Shown: positions 26,544 to 39,676, counted from the stretch's first letter. The stretch is 64,000 nucleotides of DNA from Zygnema circumcarinatum SAG 698-1b (GCA_037447605.1 CM074806.1:2666001-2730000), one strand, 5' to 3'. Translations and numbers: made by a program. Notes: generated by a model not told the origin, from the sequence alone.

Positions 26544-27294
26544 AGCAAAGGCTGCTGCTTGAGGCTCTCTCTCTCCAAGCTGAATCAACAGCACAGCAGC
26601 GAAGCTCGTCTTCTTGAGCGAAAAGCAATAGGTCGAGTATTCAAGCACTGTCCTTAGGAATTTGCCGAGCAGAGGTTGAAGCAAACTGTTCCACAGTATG
26701 GATCGATTCGCATCACAGTCGAAATTGCAGGGCTGTGTGCCCCGCCTTCTGCCTCAAACAGGCACTCCGCATGGAACCTCTCCACGGAGAAAAAAGACGC
26801 CCTCTCTGCTACGACGGCTCGTGGAAAACAAAATACGAAACTGATGAAGGTTTAGACGGTCGGATAGAGGCGCATCTTTTTGTCGGGTTAACGCACACCC
26901 CAAAAGCAAACGTGATATAATCAGGCGTCGCCACGTGGATTGTCGGCAGGCGGTTGCTGGAACCATTTTTGTAAGGTTGTGTCGTACGGAACAAATTAAC
27001 AAAACATTTTTTTTTTTTTTTTCAAAGGAGATGTGGCATTGATTGATGTGGTATTTTTTTACCTTGGCCTTGGCTCACAAGGGAGAGGAAAGTGATGAAG
27101 TGTGAACTTCATAAAAAAAACCATGACATTTTGAAAACCAACTTTAGGATAACTTAAGTTAATGATTTTTTTGGTTTTTTACTTTTGAAAAGTTGTAAGA
27201 AAAAAAAATATATTTTACATTTGAGGCATTTGCCTGACTGAGTGACTGCCCCCCCCCCCCCCAAGCATTCCTTAGAGAGCGCTGAGGCTGCAAG

Positions 27295-29334
27295 ATGGGG
27301 GGCAAAAATTCAAAGGAGAGATCAGAGGAGGGGAGGGAGGGTGAAGGCGCTCCGTCTACACCAGAGGAGGGCCCTGCTTCACATGCAGACCATGGAGGAG
27401 AGTTGGAGGAGAGAGAAGGTGAAGGAGAGCTGCAGGAGAGAGAAAGGAAGGAGAGGGTGGGCGATGGATTAGAGGAGGAGGAGGAGAGTGGAGAGAAGGA
27501 GGGATCCGAGGGAAGAGGGAAGGAGGGAGAAAAGGAAGGAGAGGTAAGGGAGAAGGGAGAAGGAGTGGAGAACCGAAAGGAAGGAGAGGATAGGGAGAAG
27601 GAAGGAGGAGGGGCAAAGGAAGACAAGGAAGACAAGGAAGGAAAGGAAGGGAAGGAGGACGAAAGGGAAAGGGAGGAAGGAGGGCAGAAGGGAGAAAGGG
27701 AGCGAGAGGAAGGGACGGATGAAGGACCGGGGGAAGAGAGAGAGAGAAATGGGAAGGACGGAGGAGAGAATGATGAGGTTGTTTGTCCTGCCAAAGATGA
27801 AGGCGAGTCTTTGGCAAGCAGCACAATCTCAAAGGCTGCCACTTCGGCGGGAGAAGCTAGCCAACATTCTGGAGCGTCTATATTCGCTCTTCTCGTTTTG
27901 CTACCACTCCTGCTCACTCTGGCTGCAATCTTGGCAATCATTTTGCCTGGAACTCCAACTACGCAATGGAAGATCATGCCCCCACTGGTGCAAGAGCATT
28001 ACGGCAAGGGCTTAACTCTAAAAGTGGCTGTAGACGGCATTCCTCTTCAAGTCTTTCTTCGATCAGCTGGGCCGAAATCCGGCGAGGTCGTTCTTTGTCT
28101 CCATGGAGCAGGCGCGAGCTCTTTCTTGTTTCGCAATGTTCTGCAACTTTTAGCGAAGGAGGGCTTAAGAGCAATAGCCTTGGATTTTCCTGGAACCGGT
28201 CTTTCTGACAAACCATTGGTTCCTGAAGTCTACGGCACTTATCAATTGTCACGCGTGATCAGCCAAGTCATGACATCCTTGCAGCTTCCGCCAGTGCATC
28301 TTGTGCTGCATGACACTGCCGTGTTTGCTGGAATGTCGTGGGCTTCCAGCAATGTTGACATGCTGCGCAGTCTCACTCTTCTGGACTCTCCGATGGAGCT
28401 CCCTTTTGACCCAGCTTTCCCTTCATGGATCGTTGCTTCTCCTCCGCTGGCAACCATAGTCACCTCCTTTGACTGGTCAATGAGCCTCTTGTTCCGTACA
28501 TACTGTTCAAGAACGATGTCAGCAGAAGTAGCTGCTTCACATGCTTATCTCTTGACCCGCAATGGAGGATTGAAAGCTGTATCTATGGCAGTTAGCCAGA
28601 TGAATAGGAGCATTGCATTTGCGGAGGGTCTATATCGAGACGCTGTTGGTATACTCGGGCAGACTGATTCTCAAATTTTATGGGCGAATTCATGGTCCTC
28701 TTTATGGAAAGAAGAAGGAGAAGAGCTGTTAACCCGCTGGCCATTAGCGACGCTTCATCAGCATGGAGGTAGTCGATGGTCACAGGTGAGCTAAGAAGAT
28801 TTGGTAACTTAAAGTTTAAAGTGGAAGATCGAAAATGTATCTTGTATTTTCTTTGTTCTCAAATCGTAGAATTCAAGGATGCTGGTTTATGAAACCTGAG
28901 GCAAATTCATTTATTTACTCATGCACGCATACCCTCGGCAGTCAATAGCAGTCGTTAATGTTTGTGCGATTTCTTTTCGTCTCTAAATGCTGAAGTTATC
29001 CCAGATGCTGTGTTTCGTTTCTGGTGAGTTTTCACGCATCGTGGAAAATCTTTCATGCAGAGTTCTCAGCTTTTGTGTTTGGGGTAGTTTCAACATTGTT
29101 TTTAGCATATAATTAAATTTCGTCCAAATTCATCCAATGGGTTTGCAGGAAGATGTGCCAGAGGAGATCTCACGGCTAATTTCAGCTTTCGTTCGCTCCC
29201 TGCCCCCTACCCGGTGGTCTCCTCCAGCAGAAGAGATTCCAGAACGTATTCAGCGCCAGTTTGATGCGATGCGAACCCAGGGTCATATGCATGGCGGCCA
29301 CAGCCATGGACCTGGCTGCAGCCATTCGCATTGA
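27295..29334 (+). CDS. AXR4: AUXIN RESPONSE 4-like ER membrane alpha/beta-hydrolase-fold protein, ~558 aa
   Basis: Exons 27295-28785 and 29149-29334. Charged N-terminal tail, one hydrophobic segment (IFALLVLLPLLLTLAAILAII), VLCLHGAGASSFLFR, ALDFPGTGLSDK, HLVLHDTA, GGSRWSQ|EDVPEEISRLISAFVRSLP...IPERIQ, His-rich C-terminus, as in plant AXR4. Confidence 0.85.
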
Positions 29335-30070
29335 GGCACTGCCTTTTGTGACTATTGCTGCCGCTCCATGGAGCCACCCATGCTTCCCTTCCCCATCTAC
29401 TCTCACAGGTGTGGGCAAGGACATGGCCTTGGCGCTGGCCAAAATGCTCCGCCTTTGCCATATGGCTCATGTAAACGTGGTAACCATTTTCTGAGTAAAT
29501 CGGGAGCAGGGGAGGTGAACCCCTGACATCGTCAGCTCCCCCTGCTCCGCATATGCTTATGATCACTCCTTTTCTCCCCGGCGGTTAGTGAGGATGGATT
29601 GCTGGAAGCCGCATCGTTGTGCGCCAATCCTGTGTCCAAACTGTTACAACAAAATAACGATTGTGACTGTAGCGTTTGCGTTTTGTAGAGGCTCGTCGCT
29701 AGAATAAAGCTCGAAAAGGAAGGGTCCGCGCATTGAAAAAGCTGAAAGTTGCTCGAAGATGCTTGTTGTAGAGCTGTGGTGCAAATAATGTTTTCATTCC
29801 GCCTGGCCATTTTTAGATGAGATTTTCTGTTACAATGCTCTATCCCTGGCGTCTGTCTGCCCTGATCCTCCAGCATACCACGCAGGCAAACAACACTGCC
29901 ATCCAAGAAAAAACAGCATGAACCACACATTGCAATGGCATAGATCGAGGCTTAGACACGCCGTACACGAATGAGCTTTTTTATTTTCATCATTCGCACC
30001 AACAATGTGGAAAAGCCTGACCCCGCGGCTGATTTTTGGGAGTGCCCTGCCTCTGCCCTGCGCCCTAATC

Positions 30071-33000
30071 CTAGTCCAGGGCTTCAAAGTTCATGATCTC
30101 CTCCTGCACATCGACGACCTCCTCCACCTCCACCTCCTCCGCCTCGTACTCTTCGTCGTCGTCACTGAGGTCCTTGCTCCAGAGCATCCCCCTCACTTCG
30201 GCCTCCTGCTCCGCGTAGCGGTTCCACTCCGCCTGCCACGCCCTCCACTGCTCCATGAGCTCCTTCCGCTTCTCGACCTCGGCAGCGCTGGTCGCCTGCC
30301 CGGCCTCCTCGTCCTCCACCTCGTAGCGCTTGCTGTACTTGCGGAGGTTCTTGGCAACCTCAGCCTCTTTCTCCGGAGTCAGCAGGGAAGGCTGCCTCGG
30401 TCGCCACAAGAACTGCGGAAAGAGAGAGAGAGAGAGAAAGAGAGAGATCAAATGGATGTGACAGAACGACCTTCAAATGGGCAACCTCCCAATCACGTCC
30501 CTAACTTCATGCCTTTTCTTGTAGCAAAATGTGTGTAATGCTACAAGTGATGCGTGCGTTTCAAACCTTCCGTTCAAGTTGAGTTTCTCTAAGGATTGAA
30601 GGCACTGACCTGAAGGAACCGATCCCTTGGAAGGCGGTACAGAAGCTTTCCATGGAATGACCATACGTTGAATCCGTTCTCCATTTGGTGCACAGAAGTC
30701 ACTGAGGTTGTCACATATCTGAAACCATCCTCCAAAAATGAGTTAGTGTTGAGCCTTTAACTCAGAGCTTCACTATGTTGAGAAGCCTAGAACAGATGCA
30801 TATGACAACATGCTTTACAGCATGCTTCTCGTGGCTTAAATCATGTATAGGAAACGCAATCAGCTTAAATTGGCCACTTAGCAACTTATTCTAACCCAGA
30901 AAACAAAAGTCCACGGCCTACTTTGGTCTGCCTCTATGAATCTGCCTCAATTAACTGACAGACAGCCAAACTCCTTCCGAACAAGGCTCTCCAACTAAGA
31001 GTCGACTCCGTTTCTTGCAATGTTGTCTTATTCCGGATGGCCTGCACATCCATGGTATGTGGACATACCTCCCTGTAGGATCCCAGTCGATATCAGTGGC
31101 CATGAAATGCTCTCCAGTGGCCAAGCTCTCAGCATCATCCACATTGTAGAATTCCAGTTGCCCATTGAAGCCCTTGAGACCTGCCAGAACAATGAAACGT
31201 CCCAGCGGAGACCAGAACAGCGCGTTCACCTGCTTGCTTTTCAAAGTGGTCAATTTGGTCACCTTCTGCACGCCTGTGCCGCCTGCACTCCTCATAGTGT
31301 AAAAGCTCACGTCAGGGCGTGGGCCATCCCCATGCACGAGGGCAAAGCGATGGCCCTTTGGTTCCCATGCAAAGTCAATGACTTTATCGTTTTTGTTTTC
31401 CAGCTCCAAAACCTAAAACATCAAGCAAGAAAAACACAATTCAAGGTTAGCCCAAGGAAAGTAGCGAAAAACACATCCCCGTTCCTCAACCCAACAACTA
31501 CCTAGCATGCACAACGAGAAAGAGTGGCAGGTCGCTCATCAGTCGATGATGAATATTGCCCACTGTACCAAATACCAAGCATCAATCACCCAATCGAAAC
31601 AAAAAAACAACCAAGCGATATTTTGAGAAAAGCATCTTTTCATTTATTTTTTAGCTGATTCCTGCAGATGCTCGCATGGTCAATACAGTAGCCTACCAAC
31701 AATCCCCAAAGAGAGCTCAGAACAGGGTGGAAAGAAGGGAGATAGATTCGATTGCCCTCCCACGCCAGCTCACCTCAATAGGGATGTCTCGTTCGCGAAT
31801 GCGGAAAAGTTCAAAGCCGCTGTGAGTGCTCTTGCGGGTCTTGGTATACCGATCGACCTTCACGGCCAAGTAGTCGCCTGCACTTTGCCAATACATCTTG
31901 CATTCGCTCACACTGAACAGATTCTTCTGTCGCAGTTCCTCGCGAGATGGAATTTGCATGAGACTGACCTGCAGACGTAGCAGAGGCCACAACTTCTCGT
32001 TTAGGAACGATAAAATTTTCCTGGAGTTCTGATGAAAATTCCTTAAACAGCTAGCGGCAATAACGAATAAGAAAGGGTATTGAAATAATGGTATTGAGTG
32101 AAACAAATGAATCGAAATGACAGACGTAATTGGCCGAAGATCACAAGTTAATCTAAAAAGTCAAACACATCGACAATGACGATGATACACACAGCATAAA
32201 CAGCAGATAGAAACGAAGAGGTATACATACTCGGGCAGGCTGGTTGCCTCCAGCAGATTCAGGAATAAACATGGCCAGAAGTGGCTCTGCAGGTGACCAG
32301 AAAAAGTCGAGAACTCTGTCGACCTTGACCGATTTTTTATCCAACAGCCCCATGGTGCTTGTCTCATACACACTAATGCAGTTCTTGCCAATTCTCGCAA
32401 AGTATTTATCTTCTCGTCCACCGGCCCACCTGTACGACAATTGCATCAAAACCAGTAGAGCAAGTTTAGGCACCCCGGCATGGACCGCGACAGGTTTAAT
32501 CACCTCCGAACAGTACTTTAAGCATTCCCTCACCAGTTACGAAACATCTAGAAAGACAGTAATCAGACGCTTCAATCAAGCACTGAAATCCTAAACAGTG
32601 GATCTCTTCTCATGGTAACGAGTCCATCCTGTAATCTATTGACCAAGTTGATATCTTTGACCGAATTAAACCTACCCACCTGAATACTGGCCATTGAACA
32701 CCTGCTACACCGCCTGCCCCTCCTGTGGCGAAGTCATCGGCTGGCCCCTTGAACTCGCGCAGAATCTTTCCACTTCGAAGGTCAAACATGTTCAAACTCA
32801 CTTTCTGCTCACAAATTCACCACTCATTCCCAGTAAATCAAAGTTTGTCCAATGGCTGGCATAACCCAGAAACTAGAAAATTAACAAAATCCAAAACTCC
32901 CGGATCCGACTTATGGCACGAAGCAAAATGAATGCTGACCTATCACTTAAGCACTTCTGGGTCCAGCAACGAGACCTACTGCTGATATGGACTACTACAG

Positions 33001-35735
33001 CAACAAGGTGTTGTACGAGTAGAAATTTATCTTTTCTTGAGGAGCCAATTGCAGACGACTTACACTCTGGGACAGCTTTGCAAATCATGAGCATTGACGG
33101 TAGCATTGGTTTCTTATTTCCTATCTGCATCCCAGGAAAAGCCCAGAGCTCCCATTTTACCTGGCTATCTCGTGGATTAGCGGGCTCGTGGCTGCTGTAC
33201 GTAACAAGAAATTTCTCTCCAGGTGAAAAGTCAATCAGCCGTACCTGGGAAAAAATTCCCCCCCAGCCCCTTCAGCCATAGCTGCAATAAGGGGACTTAA
33301 TCCAGTCCCAAAATTCGAACCACCAATATAAACATCCTCTAAAAAGCATGAAATCTGCCGTTTTCTCCAGGTCCATCCTTGCTTTACCATACCTGTGGAT
33401 GAGCAAAGCGCACAAGCCGTTGCCAGGTATGCCCTCCCCAGATAGCAGCACCCTGCCGATGGATTGTTGCCAAATAGGTTCCGAGAGGTGACCATTGAAC
33501 AAAGCTTTCCGTCCAAAACTGCATGAAGCAAAAAACATCTTCTCTTCCCATAAGTTCAAGGTCATTTTTCCAATTCAGCTGCTAAGGGAAACTAAGCCTG
33601 AGAAAATGTCGCACTTGCAATGTACGAAACCTAGTCACTCGTCCTATGTGACTTGACAAGTTGTACTACAGCTCAGAAAGGAAACTAATTTCCTGTTACC
33701 ATCCTCGCAAATCCTTTTCTTCTTCAGCGAAAGTATTGGTTCCGAAGCGACTAAAGGTTCCATGTTTCCGTGGTTCATGTATATCATTTAGGCAGTTATT
33801 TTCGGCATTTAAAACTCTGTGTTTCTATAGTCTTGAAAGTGACCTTTCAAAACCATACGTGGTACCTCAAAAGAGTCAGCCACGAGATTTCACAAACTGC
33901 TCCTTACCTGAACAACAGAGCAAACCTAATATGCCTACTGAATCTAATGAAAACAGATACTCACAGTTCTGTGATAAACAGGATCTGGCTTGCCCTGTCG
34001 GGCATCGTTCCAATACACTTCGGTCTCTGAACCAAACCGAATAACAAATTGATCGCGGCCACGCTCATCCATGAGCCATTGCCACAAATTCTCCTGCAAA
34101 AACTCATGACAACAATACTTTCAGGGCACGCACTTCCAACGGCCGTAATATATTTCCAGAACATGCGTCGTCTTATCATGACATCCTGCATATGACACCG
34201 CGCAGGAGGGCCCTTAGACCGAGAGGATCACACTCTCTTCATCCTGCAGCAGGGGAAGACTGACATTGAAAGAAACTTACTGCAGGAGTATATTCCTTTG
34301 TTGGAGGCGGCGCATATTCCTCTGAAACTCGTGAATATTTATCGAAGTCGTCGAACATGCAGACCTTAAAGATATGTGCTTTGTCAAGCTTATAACCATC
34401 TGTCTGCTCTCGCGCTGCTTGAGCCTCCTGTGATGAGCACCGACATAGCAAAGTAAGAAAACTCCTAGTGGCCCCAACGGCAGTCCTTACACTAACACCT
34501 GAATTCGGACAATACGACACCATCGACAGTCATCCGACAACCTAATCTTAAACAAAAAATCAGAGGAATATCTTCAGTGTGTCGATTCAGTGTAGTGTTT
34601 ATGTACGTGACACCATAAGAAATATCAAGTGTACAAGTCGCAAAAGATGACTGCATTGAAACAGCAAATAGAAAATCATGTAGCCATACCTGAGGAGTGG
34701 CATACTCCACAAAGGCATATCCTTTGGTTTTCTGCGTCTCTTCATCCACAGGCATCCACAGACCATTTTCGCGAATGGTGCCCATCTGACTAAAAATTTT
34801 CTTCACGACTCCTACCAGCTTTTCGAACTTACTGGAGTCCACAGAAGGCAAATTATCCACGACCACAACATTTCCAAACCCTGTCTCCGTTTCGATCGCT
34901 TCTTCTTCCTCTTCTTCATCATCACTGAACAGCAAACATTGGAATAAGCGGAACTTTAATCGTTTCTTTCCTATCAGATGTTGACGAGAAACTTGTTAAA
35001 CCCAAAGTGAAGAAGGTTAAGGTCTAAAGCTCTGAGGGAGAATGGTTCTGATGTTGGAATTGCACGTTTACATAGAGGATATGTTCTAGAAATAAGTTTT
35101 ACAGGTCAAGATAACGACATGTTTGTTTTCTTCTACACACTGAGATGAATTACAGAGCACAGATGATTATTTAAAAAAAGATTTCGAATCTTGGTACAGT
35201 CTTGTGTGGAGTCTTCTTGTATAACAGATAGAAGAGCCGATGAAACGAGGACGACGAGGGGGCGAACAGGAGGGTCCTACAGTTGAACAACAATTGATAG
35301 AGTACGAACAGCAGAAACGAATACATTCGCCTGCTCTCTGCAGCTGGAAGGCAAAGAAGACTTGGCTAACGTACATTGTTAACAAAGCGACATAATCTCA
35401 TTTATGAATATGCCTCACCTGTTAATGCCGAAATCCTCTCCCTCCGGAAGCTGGATAGCCTCGAGATTAACCTGATTCCAATCGATGTTAACATTCACTT
35501 TGATTTCCTCAAGTAATCTTGAACCCTCATCTTCGTTTTCTGCCCTTCCCCCAACCCTGGTCTCTGTCCTCGTCTCTTCCGCCTCGTCGTCGTCATCATC
35601 ATCCTCCTCCTCGTCGTCCTTCTCGTCTTCCCTTTCCTCTGCTCCACCTCCCTTCTCCTCCCTCTCTGCAACTGGCGCCGCTCCTTCTTCCTCCTCCTCC
35701 TCCTCCTCCCGCAAATCATCCCTCTCCTGCCCCAT
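30071..35735 (-). CDS. EIF3B: Eukaryotic translation initiation factor 3 subunit B (PRT1), ~783 aa
   Basis: Exons 35735-35419, 34924-34690, 34427-34281, 34093-33965, 33518-33393, 33244-33161, 32804-32680, 32429-32231, 31968-31774, 31412-31069, 30718-30610, 30412-30071 (2352 nt). RRM (VVVVDNLP...KGYAFVEY), WD40-type repeats (WSPLGTYLAT, FAWEPKGHRF, WDPTGRYV) and FLWRPRQPSLL...KNLRKYSKRYE. Confidence 0.96.
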
Positions 35736-35853
35736 GCCTGGCCTCTTTCTCGGAATTAATCACCTAATCCTGTCGAGTGCGAGCCAGCAAGAGTCTCCTC
35801 CTTCCTGCTGCAGGACGCGGGCCGGCGAGGGAGAGGGAGCCGGGGGAAGGGAG

Positions 35854-35884
<31 letters not shown>

Positions 35885-35953
35885 GAGGAGGCAGCAAGAC
35901 GCGCGTTAGGGTTCGGCGCCGGATGGGAGGGAGGGGCCTCGGGGGGGGGGGGC

Positions 35954-36043
35954 GTACGGCCACTGAAAACCCTGCACCCCGTGCCGTACACTATTTCGTA
36001 GTTTATCGTACAGTACTGTACCGCGGTGTACCTGGAACCGTAC
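35954..36043. promoter_or_regulatory. GTAC cluster (7 in 90 bp) upstream of eIF3B
   Basis: GTAC at 35954, 35986, 36008, 36013, 36018, 36028, 36040. Telo-box-like TTAGGGTT at 35906-35913 and a (CAG)n tract at ~35856-35880 lie in the presumed 5' UTR. Confidence 0.55.
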
Positions 36044-36723
36044 GGCCGCTGGTATTGCCGTGCGCTGTTGAGAAATATTGGTTTGGCATTTTTTCGTGCA
36101 ACTGTGGAAAGCCATGGAACGACAACGCAACTGTAACTAGACGTATGACTGTGTTGCTCGACATGTAACGGACGCGCGACTATCATTTGCGACTACAGGC
36201 TTGGGGCCTCATGCTGGGCAATGGGGGGGAGAGTTCGGCTAGAAAGTAATGACTTGGTTAAAAGGACTGATGTAGTCGGCGAGTGACTGGCTAACCTGGC
36301 TTGTCTGGGAAAGTCAAGGACTCCCCTCGAAAGTGGTTGACCAGCACGTTGTAGCGGCTGCTATTGTGACCAACAAAGGGATAGTAGCCATGAGGGGTTG
36401 TTAGCTTAAACGCTTCCAACCAGGCTTCTTTTTTTTTTCCTTCCAACCAGGGGCAGTTAATGGAATAAGATCGACAGAAAGATAAAGAGGAAATTTCATT
36501 AAACTCACGATGGCGAGGCAGTCAAATGTACATGGACAAAATCAGCATGGGGAACCACGAGGAACTGGTCGCAAAGGACCCAAGGACACAGAAAGGTGTT
36601 GCCATGACCATGCATGCCCCCATGCCCCCATGCCCCCATGCCCTTCCCACACGCGCATGCATGCCTGCATCCATCCCCATGCCTGCCGCGCACCTCATCC
36701 ATCCGCGATTTCAGGTCACCGGT

Positions 36724-36935
36724 GCCACGTGGCGCCGACCTCCGCAAATCGCAGGGCAGTGCGAACGGCCCCGCCATCCTCCCCCACCGAGCCTGCCCCG
36801 AGCCGGCCGCGAGCGGCGCCCGAGGCTGTGGGTGCGGACCGGACGGCCCCCCGCCACGAAGAGCGCCCCGGGCCTGCGCGGGCGGCCGCGGCCGCAGGGC
36901 CACTCCGCCCGAGGGCCGGGGCGGGGCCTTATCCT
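36724..36935 (+). promoter_or_regulatory. Putative light-responsive module upstream of SBPase: palindromic G-box plus I-box-like element
   Basis: GCCACGTGGC at 36724-36733 and CCTTATCC (GGATAAGG on the minus strand) at ~36928-36935, 90-300 bp upstream of the ATG at 37024. G-box plus I-box is the classic Calvin-cycle gene module (established knowledge). Confidence 0.5.
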
Positions 36936-37023
36936 CGCGCCGCGCACTGTCTCCTTGCCTCGCTCTTTCGCTTTCTCTCTCTCACCCTCGCGCGCACTCC
37001 CTCCCCCACTCGGAGTTTGCAAG

Positions 37024-39676
37024 ATGGCAGCCATGACCGCTTCCATCAGTTCCGCCGCCTGCACTCTCCCCGCTGCCCATGCCAGCGTTGCTGGTTCCGC
37101 GGCTGCTTCGCCTGCTCGATTGGCAGTTGCCCCCTCTGCAACTGTTGCAGCCCGCAGCCTTGTAAGAGTCGAGATGTGATTGCTATGGTTCCCATTGCAT
37201 TGTAGCTTTTTTTTCTCTGGGATCTTTCTTGCTACCTAAGCAGCAAGCAAGGATGCAATAGCAAGGAATGCAGTTGCAAAAGAAGCTTATCTTGCCACTA
37301 GAGGAGTTTTGGTGCAGGCTTCGTCTGGCAGTGCTCTCCTTGGAAATGCTGTCCCCTCGAATGCACGATGCTCTTCCCGCCGCGCAGCTGCTGCGGCAGC
37401 CATGGTTTCTCCTCGCGCTGAGATCGGAGACTCCCTGGTAAGCCAGCAATCCCTCCATTTCGAGGCCTCCCGCTCGCACTGGGGACTTCTCTTCAAGTGC
37501 AGGTCCTGAACTCGATCTCTCGCTTTCATGCAAAAGCGTGTCGACTTTCCTAACATGGCACTGAGTGGATCCAGGAGGAATTCCTTGCCAAGGCGACAAC
37601 CGACAAAGGCCTTGCCCGCCTGATGGTGTGCTTGGGAGAGGCCCTCCGCACCATTGCCTTCAAGGTCCGTACCGCATCCTGCGGAGCGACTGCCTGCATC
37701 AACACTTTTGGTGATGAGCAGTTGGCTGTGGATCTTCTTGCCGACAAGCTGCTTTTTGAGGTATGCGACTGCACTTGTACTAAAATTTCTTTGTTTTTCT
37801 TGGCACCTCTTTCCCCGTCTCCCCAGCCCTCTCTCTTATTCTCACTTACGCGCGCAACACGCACACGTGTTTTTGTCGTGGCGTCAAATCTAATGCTAAA
37901 AGTTTTGGTGTAATGCAGGCGTTGAAGTTCTCCCACGTCTGCAAGTATGCTTGCAGTGAGGAGGTGCCGGAGTTGAAGGATATGGGTGGCCCGGTCGAGG
38001 GTAAGTTTCCTATTTACATTCCGAGTTTAGTAGTGTAATGACTGACAACTATGCAAAGCTGGACATGACCTGGCAGACCGAGGTACTTAAATATGTATTA
38101 GCTTTACTTCTTATCCCTTCAGGTGCTTTACCAAACAGAAATGAACGCCTGTAATGGTGCCGCTGGATGTCCGCGTCCAATTTCTTTGTCGAGTTTCATA
38201 TGCCTTTGCTGAATCACCTCCTGTGTCATAAGAGACTGTCATTAGCATTTATTGATGAAAGTGGAAACTCTTTTTCTTTTGAAAATTGGAATCTTACACA
38301 CTCCAAGCTTTATTAGTGTCAACAATCACCTCGATTTTTCACACTGACATCTTTTTGGTGAAGACAAGTCCTTTTTTCTGTTTTCGACTTATGGATTCTT
38401 GTATGTGGTCTGCCATGTGGCTTTTCCATCATCAGGAGGTTTCAGCGTTGCGTTTGATCCCCTTGACGGCTCGTCCATTGTCGACACCAACTTCACCGTG
38501 GGCACAATCTTCGGAGTATGGCCTGGAGACAAGCTGACTGGCGTGACCGGCCGTGATCAGGTTGCTGCCGGCATGGGCATCTATGGCCCGCGAACCACCT
38601 ATGTGCTCACCGTTGCTGGCTTCCCTGGCACACACGAGTTCCTTCTCATGGATGACGGTATGTTCTTGCCTCTTGTATGAATGTCTGTTTCACTTCACCA
38701 ATGGGAGGTTGCTCATGCGGCGCTCCTTTGTTCCTTTGCCTTTGCTCTTTTCACCAACTTCATTCCTACTCAAAAGTTGTGACGTGGAGGATAGTTGCTT
38801 GCGGAGAAGATCGGAAGAAATGACATCTGAAAAAAACCGATGTGCTCTGCTTTCAACTTTTATCACAATATCTCTAGAATCTATTCGATACATTTTTTGA
38901 GAAAGTCTGAATCTGAATCTAGAATCTGGAATCTTGAGAACTGATGAAGTGGTTGATGGTGCACTGTGCAGGCAAGTGGATCCATGTGAAGGAGACCACC
39001 ACAATTGGAGAGGGAAAACTTTTCTCCCCTGGCAACCTGCGTGCTACCTTCGATAACCCTGCCTATGAGAAGGTGAGCTCAGCGTGTGACCTTCTGCATT
39101 GTAACATTTGATTTAATAGGTTTGGTTGAATGTACTGCAAAAGATAGGCGAGTGGTTTCTTTACTGACATTTCAAATGTTTGAATGTTCTGACAGCTGAT
39201 CAACTACTGGGTTGAGGAGAAGTACACTCTCCGTTACACCGGTGGAATGGTGCCAGATGTCAACCAGGTAGAAATCGCCCTCACCTCCACAATCCCCTCC
39301 AACTCAATTTAAAATCCTCTCGCAGTGGACCAATCAATCATCACTCTTGCAGCCCAACTTATTTTGTATGATATCTGATGTACCTTTGGCTTCTGGGGAT
39401 CAGATCCTTGTGAAGGAGAAGGGTGTCTTCTGCAATGCCAACTCACCAAGCACGAAGGCGAAGCTTCGCCTACTCTTCGAGGTCGCTCCCCTTGGACTCC
39501 TCATAGAGCAGGCTGGAGGATACAGCAGCGATGGCTTCATCTCGGTGCTGGATAGGGAGGTTATTAACACTGACGATCGCACACAGGTCTGCTATGGCTC
39601 TAAGAATGAGGTCCAGCGATTCGAGGAGTATCTGTATGGCAAGTCACGCCTGGCTGAGGTTGTTGCCTCAGTGTAG
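37024..39676 (+). CDS. SBPase: Chloroplast sedoheptulose-1,7-bisphosphatase, ~397 aa
   Basis: Exons 37024-37161, 37318-37437, 37575-37760, 37919-38000, 38436-38657, 38972-39072, 39196-39267, 39404-39676 (1194 nt). Ala/Ser-rich transit peptide, EIGDSLEEFL, redox motif [65 protein letters not shown]. Confidence 0.97.

Noticed and set aside
30005-30538. 177-aa Leu/His-rich + strand ORF
   Set aside because: Antisense shadow of the Glu-rich last exon of eIF3B.
33221-33430. Apparent + strand exons (ttttctccag...gtatgc) suggesting a gene nested in eIF3B
   Set aside because: They overlap eIF3B exons 5 and 6 on the minus strand and give no coherent protein; chance splice-like words.
36230-36420. C/D-box snoRNA in the eIF3B-SBPase spacer (and similar hints in introns at ~43550 and ~48300)
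   Set aside because: No canonical RTGATGA...CTGA pair with a terminal stem or recognisable rRNA guide; no tRNA A/B boxes.
36505-37205. Overlapping 130-230 aa ORFs upstream of SBPase
   Set aside because: GC-rich promoter with few stops; Pro/Arg/Ala low-complexity products. The real CDS starts at 37024.
37575-39676. Fructose-1,6-bisphosphatase instead of SBPase
   Set aside because: The N-terminal CGATAC cysteine pair, EIGDSLEEFL and [16 protein letters not shown] are SBPase features, and there is no FBPase-type regulatory loop insertion.
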